A DNA stretch of 64,000 nt, taken from contig OX597817.1 of NCBI GenBank assembly GCA_951406725.2, forward strand, positions 6,696,001-6,760,000, written 5' to 3'. A model generated the notes under the pieces. That model was given only the letters and a program-made list of their open reading frames with translations, was not told the DNA's origin and did not search any database. Positions 53,700 through 64,000 of the stretch are shown here, piece after piece; position 1 is the stretch's first letter, and every line of letters starts with the position of its first letter. Source of the DNA: Octopus vulgaris (taxonomy: Eukaryota). Position numbers and translations under genes: made by a program.

Positions 53700-55482
53700 C
53701 TCCTTGTCGTCGGGGAAGGGGGGTACCGCGGTATTGTTTCGGAAAGGTCAAGACCTGACGTAAACGGTGTAATGATTGGCCTTCAGACTGGTGACTATTT
53801 ACGCACCGACAGGTGCAGGACAGCCGGAATACTTCAGACGTCTGTAAGTCTTCCTCGTTAAGTCCCTAACTTTAGTGTTAGTCATCGATTTCAACGCCAT
53901 CTGAGATGCACAATTGGATTGTGTGGAGCTAGCCGAAAGGAAAGAGGGTTGCAAAAGCCTCGCAAAACTGCGCAGACATTTTCAACTGTCTGAGAGGTAC
54001 TGACTGGATTTCCCGAATGTGTCAATGTGGATATGAACAAACCGCATCGGAACATTCAGAATGTATCTAGACAGAGTATTTTACAGGTCTTTAGGTAGGG
54101 ATAGTATTAGTTGTCCACGATTTCAAATCGTCAGCGACGCAGATCACAAATTGGTGACCTGTAAGGTCGACTTAGATAGCATACGTAGACAGGGCCCCAG
54201 ATGCTGAAAACGTAACTCCTGACGTACCAAGCTTAAAGACCGGATTAAAGAGTTAGTTTAGAAAGCTTTTACGGAAACAATCGTCAACAAAAATGGGGAT
54301 ATAACCGAAATAGTACCATGAAGTAGAATTCGTTAGAATTAGCAAAGTTTTAGCTGTAGGAAGAAAGAAACTAGAAGGTGATTTAGTGAGAAAAAGAGGC
54401 GTTTAGGAAAGGCACTGCAACTGACGTGCTGGCAGTTAGGTTGGCCCTCGATCAATACTTCAATGCAAAGCTGAAGGTTGCATTGTCAGAGCTAAGGCCC
54501 GTGCTCTGAGAGAAGAGGGAAGCAAAGCTACCTGATGAGTCCGGTTGTCCGAGCCATAAAATGGCAACAAAATCACTATTCGGTCTTTTGTGGACCAAAA
54601 TGGGCGCAAGGTGAACGAACTGGAGCATATGTGTGCGGTTTTTCTGCAGCAATTGACCGAATTATTCGGGACGAACGGTGGGCGAGATCTGATGATGGAT
54701 TTCAATGCCTACCTCGATGGCCTGCCACGACTCTCAGCAAGAGATGCAACATGTTGCGAAAAGCTGATGACTAGGATATACGGGACGAGATAATGAACTG
54801 CATGGGATGTGGGCGCAAATTGCCGGGATTGGATGGTCTACCCTACGAGCTTTATTCTAGTATGCCAGAATTGTTTGCAGGCCTCTTGGCATATATCTAC
54901 TGCTAGAGGTATCAGAATGAGAAACTTCCCAAATCTGTGAGCGGAGAAGCAGTGCTACGGCTGAGAAGGGAACTAAACAAAGGTAAGGTATTACATAATT
55001 TTAGACCCATCACTGTGCTTAACGCACACGTGAAAATTTTAGTCCAAGGTGTTTGTAAAGTGGTTGGCAATAGTCGTCGAGATGCTGGTTGGAGATGAAT
55101 AGCTGCTACTTGGGTTTGTGACGAACACTTGCTGTCATGTATAGGACGTGTCCGCTTGTCGGCTGATTCTACCATGAGGATTGCCTCGCCACATTCTTTG
55201 ACCAGCAAGGGGAAGCAATTTTCATTTTTCTCGTGGCTGTAGCGAAAGAGGTTGTATGGTGGTCTAGCCTGAAAGGGATGACGACAGACACTTTCCTCTT
55301 TGGCATAACTCTCTAATCAACTTTTTCAGACACCATCTGAAAAGGAAAGTGAGGTTTAAGAAAGAAGTGCTGGCTTCTAGCAAATTTGTTAAAAGCTTGG
55401 TGAATGGGGTGAAGATGGTTCGTGTCTTTCAGGTTTTGTAAAGTCCAATCTTATTTTTGTCGGCCCGTGTGGCTACTAAAGA

Positions 55483-55486
<4 letters not shown>
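53700..55486 (+). mobile_element. Decayed Tx1/L1-like LINE ORF2 (APE + RT) with 3' end and (ATT)n tail
   Basis: FRLVTIYAP, YLDRVF (~54063), DHKLV (~54142), PGLDGLPYELY (~54823), NFRPITVLNAHVKIL (~54997). Confidence 0.8.
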
Positions 55487-55569
<83 letters not shown>

Positions 55570-55619
55570 CGGTGGTGGTGGTGGTGGTGGTGGTGGTGGT
55601 GGTAGTAGTAGTAGTAGTA
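55486..55619. repeat. (ATT)n(AGT)n(GGT)n microsatellite
   Basis: Direct inspection. Confidence 0.95.
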
Positions 55620-56618
55620 TCAAGTCGATGAGCTGGCAGAATCGTTTGCACGCTTAGCGGCAATTTGACCGTCGTTTCCGAGCTCAGAATTTCACCGCCG
55701 TCGCCTTTGCTGTTCTTCCTTTCTAGGCCTACAAAATCATGTAATCGATAGCCCATTCTTACGAAATTGCAGGCCTTGTGCCTATTGTAGAACAATTATT
55801 AAGATAATAATCATCATCATCATTGTTATCTATAACGGTTGTTATTCTTGTTTTTACTTATGCTGCTATTTTTGTTGCTTTGGTTGCTGTGTGCTGACAG
55901 GGCAGGACATGTCAAGCAAGTAAGAAAATTGCATCATAAAGAAGTTTTATTGAATGAACACCTTTCTCTCATTATCTCCCACATAGAAATATACTATGCG
56001 TGTGGATATTTATCTCAGTATCGAGGAAACAAATATATCTTCTCTTCTATTGAATATTTTTAATGTAAAGATATTCCCTGTCTTTTTATTCTATCTAATA
56101 TGATTTCTCCAATTACGAAAACAGAAGAAAATATATATAGTCCATACTAAAGAGAATAATTAAATAATATCAATGTTTAGAAAAATTATGAACAGTAATT
56201 AGAAACGAAAAATTTGAATTTAAAAGTTGCATTGAAATACGCGACAGGCATTAACAATACTGGCAGTTACAAATTGATATCCGAAAATACGAATTCTCAT
56301 GAAAGTTTTTAAAAATTTCAACAATATGATATATTTGTACGACATTCAAAACCGTACTGGCAATAACCACTTTGTTAGCGGTTATTGGGAAGGAGGGTGA
56401 TTTTAAATGTTGATGAAATGTAGCCATAGAAACAAATGACGTTGGCATATTCCAAAAAAGTGTACTTTCGTGTCTGAGAAAATATATCTGAGACGAGGGT
56501 AGAGAATCAGTTTTTATATGCCGATACAAGATTATTTAAGTGAAAGATCCCGAGCTTTTTGTTGTTGGAATATACAGTCTAAAGAGTAGGGTACTTTGAA
56601 GTGTACTGACGACTTAGT

Positions 56619-56980
56619 GGGATGGAAGCACTCCGTCGGTTACGACGACGAGGGTTCCGGTTGATCCGAATTAACGTGTAAGTGGCCGAGCACTCCACAG
56701 ACACGTGTACCTTTAACGTAGTTCTCGGGGATATTCAGCGTGACACAGAGAGTGACAAGGCCGGTCCTTTGAAATACAGGTACAACAGAAACAGGAAGTA
56801 AGAGTGAGAGAAAGTTGTGGTGAAAGAGTACAGCAGGGATCACCACCATCCCCTGCCGGAGCCTCGTAGAGCTTTAGGTGTTTTCGCTCAATAAACACTC
56901 ACAACGCCCGGTCTGGGAATCGAAACCGCGATCCTATGACCGCGAGTCCGCTGCCCTAACCACTGGGCCATTGCGCCTCC
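56619..56980 (-). mobile_element. Full-length SINE family C, tail variant 1
   Basis: Highly similar to 41043-41429; 12-bp TSD TGACGACTTAGT at 56607 and 56982. Confidence 0.92.
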
Positions 56981-57537
56981 ATGACGACTTAGTAGGTAAT
57001 ATAACAGAACGAGTGCAAGAAACTGACGGTGAGTCTTCTATCTATTACTTCATTTGTTTGAGTAGATAGATTTTTTTTAGTAATTTCATTAAGGCTCCTA
57101 CTACTACAACTACTACTACTACTATCGTAAGTTTTGGAAGAAGATACGCCATCGACTCGTTCGAAAAACTTTGAAAACTTCTATTGAATACGATGTCATA
57201 TAATCTAAAATTCTGGAGAAGACAATAAATAGCAGTGGGGAAAGCAGTCTCTGGTATTTTGAATTTACTTTCATTTATATTTTTGCTTTATAAAACTCAG
57301 TATTCTTTCTAGTCAGATAAAAATATCCCTTCAAAAGTAATTGAAATGGACGTAAGCACACGTAGAACAAACAAAATTTGAAAGCGCAAATTTCATTTCA
57401 CATAACATCGCGCATTATACAATAAAAACTATACACTTTTTATATACAAGCTTTAAGAAGTTATGCAATACTGATCTAAAGAAAACGAAAACAAAAAAAA
57501 AAACAAGAATATCGTTGTCAAAACAAATATGAAAATA

Positions 57538-58634
57538 TCTTTTACTTGTTTCAGTCATTTGACTGCGGCCATGCTGGAGCACCGCCCTTAGTCGAACAAA
57601 TCGACCCCGGGACTTATTCTTTGTAAGCCCAGTACTAATTCTATCGGTCTCTTTTGCCGAACCGCTAAGTGACGGGGACGTAAACACACCAGCATCGGTT
57701 GTCAAGCAATGCTAGGGGGACAAACACAGACACACAAACATATACACACACATACATATATATATATATTTATATATATACATATATATGACAGGCTTCC
57801 TTCAGTTTCCGTCTACCAAATCCACTCACAAGGCATTGGTTGGCCCGGGGCTACAGCAGAAGACACTTGCCCAAGGTGCCACGCAATGGGACTGAACCCG
57901 GAACCATGTGGTTAGTAAGCAAGCTACTTACCACACAGCCACTCCTGCGCCGATATCCTTTATCTTTTATCTTTTACTTGTTTCATTCATTAAACTGCGG
58001 CCATGCTGGGGCACCGGGTTAAAATGATTATTAGTTGAATGAAATTGCCAAATAGTGGTGGTGGAGAAATCTAGAAAAACCAACACACACAAACAACATT
58101 CATTCGGCTTTGATCGGACCGAGGCCGTAGTAGAAAGCATGTGCCTTCTAATATGGTCTCAATGTGGTTGAGAAACAAACTTCTTACCACGCAGCCAGGT
58201 CTGCGACTATAATCTGCGATATTTCAACTTTAGAACGACTTATTATAAGCTACCTAATAGTGATTGTTTGGGATATCCTTCAGAAGTGTGACTAGTAAAG
58301 AGAAACTGCAAATATGAACAATTGAGCAGCAACAACGTAACTTATTAGAAACAAGTGACCATGGAAACGAACTTCTTGCTTGCGTCATTCATACTCTCTT
58401 TACTCTTTTACTTGTTTCAGTCATTTGACTGTGGTCATGCTGGAGCACCGCCTTTTAGTCGAGCAAATCGACCCCCAGGACTTAATCTTTGTAAGTCTAG
58501 TACTTATTCTATCGGTCTTTTTTGCGGAACCGCTAAGTTACGGGTACGTAAACACACCTGTATCGGTTGTCAAATGATGATGGGGGGACAAACAGAGACA
58601 CACAAACATATACATACACATACATACATACACA

Positions 58635-58690
<56 letters not shown>

Positions 58691-58818
58691 CGATGTTGGG
58701 GGCCAAACACAGACACACAAACATACACACACATACATATATATATATACCAAATCCACTCACAAGGCTTTGGTCGGTCCGAGGCTATAGTAGAAGACAC
58801 TTGCCCAAGGTGCCACGC
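57538..58818 (-). mobile_element. Cluster of SINE family B copies and fragments (57538-57951, 57965-58018, 58105-58205, 58395-58818)
   Basis: Repeated TTTTACTTGTTTCAGTCATTTGACTG tails and GAAGACACTTGCCCAAGGTGCCACGC segments. Confidence 0.82.
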
Positions 58819-59389
58819 ATGACACATAAACAAGGAGAGAATAGCATATTTCTGCCTTTGTTATCATAATTGGTTGTTCAGTCGATGTTGGATGCTGGTT
58901 GCCAGTTGCAATGCAGAAGAATCTTACAGGTGTGCAATTAATCATTAAATATTATGTAATGCATTTCGTCAGCTCTTTTCTCCCTACCCTGATATTTTAT
59001 AAAATTTAAGTTATTCTCTCATGGTTCTAACACCTTTGTAAGTTGCTTTTTTTTTAAAAAAAATTAATTAAGCCCTTTTGTTAATTAATAAATATAAATT
59101 CCACCGAGATCGACATGCCTGTCTGTCTGTTGAAATGAACAACGTGTTATCTGCAAGACAGAACAGCCATGTTGAAAAAGACTGCGACTGCTGTAGCAAC
59201 AACAACAACAGCAGTAACAACAACAACAACAATAACAACATCAACAACAATAGCGCACGTGGAACGTATAAAAATTAATTCCCTTCGCTTCTTTCCTAAT
59301 ATTTACCACCGCAGAAACACGAGAAGAAAATTGCAAACATAAACAATGCAAGTGAAAACACTACCGTCTCCATCGCTAACACCAGTGCC

Positions 59390-59392
59390 AGC

Positions 59393-59463
<71 letters not shown>

Positions 59464-59478
59464 CGGTGGTGGTATGTG

Positions 59479-59521
<43 letters not shown>

Positions 59522-59533
59522 CGGTGGTATGTG

Positions 59534-59579
<46 letters not shown>

Positions 59580-59598
59580 CGGTGGTGGTAGTGAGTAG

Positions 59599-59644
<46 letters not shown>

Positions 59645-59659
59645 CGGTGGTGGTATGTG

Positions 59660-59711
<52 letters not shown>

Positions 59712-59719
59712 GTATGTAT

Positions 59720-59806
<87 letters not shown>

Positions 59807-59960
59807 ATAGTAGTAGTAGTAATAATAATCGTAATAGTAGCAGTAGTAATAGTAGCAGTAGTAGTAGTAATAGTAGTAGTAATAATAATAGTAATATTAG
59901 CAGTAGTAATAGTAGTAGTAGTAGTGGTAGTAATAGTAGTAGTAGTAATAGTAGAAGTTT

Positions 59961-59998
<38 letters not shown>
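59390..59998. repeat. (AGT)n microsatellite with a higher-order AGCGGTGGT(GGT)ATGTGG spacer
   Basis: Spacer recurs at ~59460, 59520, 59577 and 59642. Confidence 0.92.
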
Positions 59999-59999
<1 letters not shown>

Positions 60000-61411
60000 A
60001 AACACCAACAATACGAGAGACAGCCACGGTAGCAGCAGCAGCAGCAGCTATGGCACCAACAGCAACAACGTTAGCAAACTTGTCAACATCACCAACACCA
60101 TCCAAAACATCCCAGGGATAAATGAAGAAAGCACTCCTACTCCCCCGCCAAAACAATGACAACAACCGCAGCGGCAATAGCTGCAACGGCAGCAACAACA
60201 AGATCAACAACAATGATACCAATATTACCAACAAAGACAATAACACTTTCGCAGCCGCAGCAGTAGCTAAAGTGAGACCACAATTAAGCCTAAACCTCAC
60301 AAAGATGAAAAGTTGCCCAATCCTGGAAAGTCATCAAACACTAGCAAACCTGGGCCAACCTACCTGTTCTAACAGAAATCATTGAAGAAGTGGAGAGAAG
60401 AACGGTACATTTCATATGCATCTCAGCGGAGACGAAGAAAGCGGCGTTAAAAGCACAAGCAGCTGTTGAAGCTGCGCTAAGATATATCAGGGATGATACC
60501 GAGTATATAGCTAGAGGCAGACAATACGACGCCATTTCGGTGCATTTTAAGTCGAAAGGCCTCACTATGAAGCACTCAATGACCCCTTACAAAACCAGGA
60601 AGGTCTAATGTGCCTCTCCCATATCGGAAAAAGAACAGCCCGCGTCCGCACTCCAAGGATTACATCAGGACTTTATATGTGGTGGCTGCTGGGATGCGTA
60701 ATGGAGCAAGGGTCAAATACCGTCCCGAAAGAGGTGGCAAAGACTACCAGAGAGTGCTAGTCTCGGGTTGACCAAGGGATACTTCTCCAGATCAGTCCAG
60801 AAAACGTAAAGAGAATCCTGCACCACATCCGTCTCCCAAACTGGAGGGTTATATACATAATGACTGAGGGCAAAAGGCCACATGGTTCCGTTTGTGGAGA
60901 AACGACACATTTACGAGCCTTTTGCACTCAACTGATATGCAAAGGGTGCAAGGCGTCGAAGGTCTGCACTGCTGCCTACGCCGGGACAAGGACCATAACT
61001 AACACCAGCGCTGGCAAAAGCACCAGAACAAGAAATGAGACACCACCAGAGACATTGACCATTCTAGAAACGAGGAAAGCTCTCCTACTCCCCCCGCAAA
61101 AACAAATACACACATGAACAAAAACACAAACATACACACAGACACACTCACAGACTCAGACCCCCTCATCCTTCAGTAGTGAAGATGAAGGAACACCAAA
61201 AATTCTCAAAAACAAAAAAAAACACACAAGCGAAAAACTCCACAATGCACAACAACAGCTTCAATAAAAAATACAGACACCGCCCACACAAACACATGCC
61301 CAGTAAAAACAACACAACCAACACCATCACAATCACCAAAATCCCTCAAACGCAAACAACCTAAGCAGTCATAAGAACAGATACTCACACAAGCATCCAA
61401 AACCGCAGATA

Positions 61412-61453
<42 letters not shown>

Positions 61454-62970
61454 ATACAGGAAACAAAGAAACAACAGAAACAACACTAACAAAACCATCA
61501 CCACAACAAATAAAAGTACACCGACAAAGAACACGCATATTTGTACTCATCAGAAGAGCCAACAAAGAACTGATAGCCCTGGTAACACAACGCACTGAAA
61601 TTGAAAGAGAGTGAGTGATTTTTTAATCGATCACATTTCGCGCACCAGATGATTTGTTCCTGGTGCGAATGACTTTCGATCCTACACAATAATTCGAGAT
61701 ATCTTTCCTGAGGACGTCGGAACACCGAACATCAAACCCACACCATAATTTTTAAAGAGGTTCCCCAAAATACCCCACTAATTATAGAAATCGAACAACC
61801 AGATTTTCACAAGACACCGCAAGGTAAGCAAACCTTTCCTCTCTCCCTTTAGCTTGCCAGCATGGCAATATTAAGAGTAGGAATTTTATAAGTTCGAGGC
61901 TTAGGGTCGCCCTGGAAGCAGGGGTGCCTGCTCAACAACCTCAGATCTTTAGAACTGGATGTAATTGCTGCCAGCGAGACCAGGACTTCCAGCAGACGCG
62001 GACTGGTCCCCATTTTCGACGACTATCAGATGTTTGCCTCTATCAGTCGGCCGAGAATTGGAGGAGGAATGGCAGTGTTCTTCACGAAAGAACCGCATCT
62101 CGAGGTAAGGTTGATCTTCCGGAGCCCGGACGGTAAAGTGGTGGTCCTGAACATGAGCAATAGCGAAGGTGGTGTCTTCAGACACGTGGCTGTCTACATC
62201 TCTACCAGGGCGAAACGGCCGGATTTCTTTAGGCGTCTTGAAGCATTTCTGGTTGCGACTCACCTTTATTGTTTATGGGGGACTGAGGCGAAATAATAGA
62301 CGAACGCTGGAATTGTCTGGGAGTAGCTGATAGAAGCGGGGCCTGTAAAAGCCTCGAGCACCCGATCAGCCATTTTCAAGTGTCTGACAGGTAGGATGTC
62401 CACTTTTTAAAAAGGTCACATATTCAGATTACAAATTTGTAATCTGTACTTTTGACCTAGATAAGACGCATATGTTAGGACCTCGTTACTGGAAGCTAAA
62501 CATGTCGATTCCGGCACGTAAGGCTGACAGAGATCAGGTCAACAATACAGTCGAGAAAAAATTGACAGTGGTGATCGTCAAGAAGTGGTGATGGTAGAAA
62601 AATAGGCAGTAGGAGGAACTAGTGGCTGAATTAGACCAGACTATTTGTAAATGCATTGCAACCGACGTTATAGCAGTGAAAATGGCAGTAGCCCAGTTCT
62701 CCAATGCGCAACATGCTTTGAAAAATGAGGAGACCAATGCTGTTCCATGGGACCGCGTGACGAACGCGCAGCTTGGCATCAAAACCACAATTTGGCCTTT
62801 GACGTATTGAGCCGGACACGAGCTGAGCGATTCCAGGCAGATGTGCTAGGCGTTTCACCAGCACTTTGCTCAGTTGTTCGGGAGAAGTGGCGAGTCAGAT
62901 TCCAAGTAGATTTCATTCCCCACCTCGACGGCTTGCCGTGCCTCTTCACGGCCGATGCTGAGGCAAAAGT
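60000..62970 (+). mobile_element. Decayed Tx1/L1-like LINE: ORF1 with Zn-knuckle relic, ORF2 APE endonuclease
   Basis: SVCGETTHLRAFC (~60886); LNNLRSLELDVIAASETR (~61930); GGVFRHVAVY...FFRRLEAFL matches the ORF2 relic at ~53780. Confidence 0.75.
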
Positions 62971-62974
62971 GGCC

Positions 62975-63080
62975 GATAAAATAAGTATTAGACTTACAAA
63001 GAATAAGTACTAGAGTCGATTTGCTCGACTAAAGGCGGTGCTCCAGCATGTCCGCAGTCAAATGACTGAAACAAGTAAAA
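62975..63080 (+). mobile_element. SINE family B 3' fragment
   Basis: GGCGGTGCTCCAGCATG.CCGCAGTCAAATGACTGAAACAAGTAAAA. Confidence 0.75.
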
Positions 63081-64000
63081 ATGATCATTATTATTATTAC
63101 CACCGATGTTGTTTTTGTTGTTCTTGTTGTGGGTTGTTGATGGTGGTGGACTGGGGGCCCGCAGTGGTGGTGGTAGTGGTGGTGTTGGCAGTGATAGTCG
63201 CATGGTTGTAGCGCTGTTGTTATTAATGTCATAGTCTTCCTTGTTATGATTAGTTGTTTTTATTGTTGTTCTTCATGTGTGTTTTCAATACCCACCCACA
63301 CTTAATTACACACACGCCAAGATCACTTGAGGAAAGCATTGTTATTGTAGGACCTATACTAAATTTTGTTATGCTTCCTATTTCGTCTACATTCAACCGT
63401 CAACTACGTAAGCATTCTTATATTACTGTTGTCGTAGTTTGATATTACTATTTGCTTCATATCCGTTTTCATCTGTTTAGGCTTGCTTTTGTTTCTGTTA
63501 TTGTTTTCTACGCTATGAGAGTCCTTTCATCTATCAAAATAATGCAGCATGAATCATAGATATACTCAATGGGCCAGATGTAAGAATCTCTTTTGATTTC
63601 CTTGGATGCTCTTGTTTATTTTACAGCGACTGTCACTCATTTATTAATTGTATACGGTAAAGTACTTATCATCTTAATAGATAGACTGACAAACGGAAGG
63701 GCTCTAAGCAATTTAATGGCCTCTTTATCATCACCATCAGCAACAGTATCATCCTCGTCCTCCTTATATCACCATGCTACCATCCTCACCAACATCATCC
63801 TCATCTTAATCATCGTCATCGTCATCATTACCGACATAATCTTTGTCAACGCCATTGCAGTAATCACTATTATAACCGTGATCTTCATCACCATTGTCCG
63901 CATTACTAATTTCGTTGTCATTCTAATCGTTATAATCATTATTGATTTCTTAGTCAGAAGGCAATGAAGTTTAACAGAAGAGGAGTGGACTAGGATTGTG

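Noticed and set aside
59390-59700. CRISPR-like repeat-spacer pattern
   Set aside because: The spacers are (AGT)n runs, there are no cas genes, and the context is eukaryotic.
59460-60300. Ser/Thr/Val/Leu-rich ORFs, mucin-like
   Set aside because: (AGT)n repeat plus a LINE leader.
63593-63967. Hydrophobic 124-aa ORF
   Set aside because: Degenerate (ATC)n repeat giving poly-Ile.

Overview
AT-rich, microsatellite-saturated eukaryotic DNA. The SINE and (TA)/(CA)/(AAT) repeat content resembles octopus genomes; this is inferred from recognition, not a search. No intact host gene is supported, and almost all track ORFs are microsatellite or TE artefacts. The window holds tRNA-derived SINEs, two mariner relics, a Tc1, a Gypsy LTR relic, RTE, R4/Dong-like and Tx1/L1-like LINE relics, a THAP relic and several decayed Penelope-like (RT + GIY-YIG) relics. 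The main signal is a set of short non-coding elements carrying type I hammerhead ribozyme (HHR) motifs: (1) a ~491-nt tandem dimer with one HHR per unit plus an inverted tail (24220-25307; second family member at 51783-51992); (2) a ~710-bp palindrome with a complete HHR on each strand (48835-49544); (3) a hairpin element with an HHR in its loop (50958-51326); (4) minimal, probably dimer-type HHRs (52148, 20334). The three larger families share a 3' layout: HHR, then 80-120 nt, then TAT(T/A)TCTAG, then about 40 nt to the end, usually in or near (TA)n. This suggests non-autonomous retrozyme/Penelope-pLTR-like RNA elements mobilised by Penelope-like RTs. Activity is untested.
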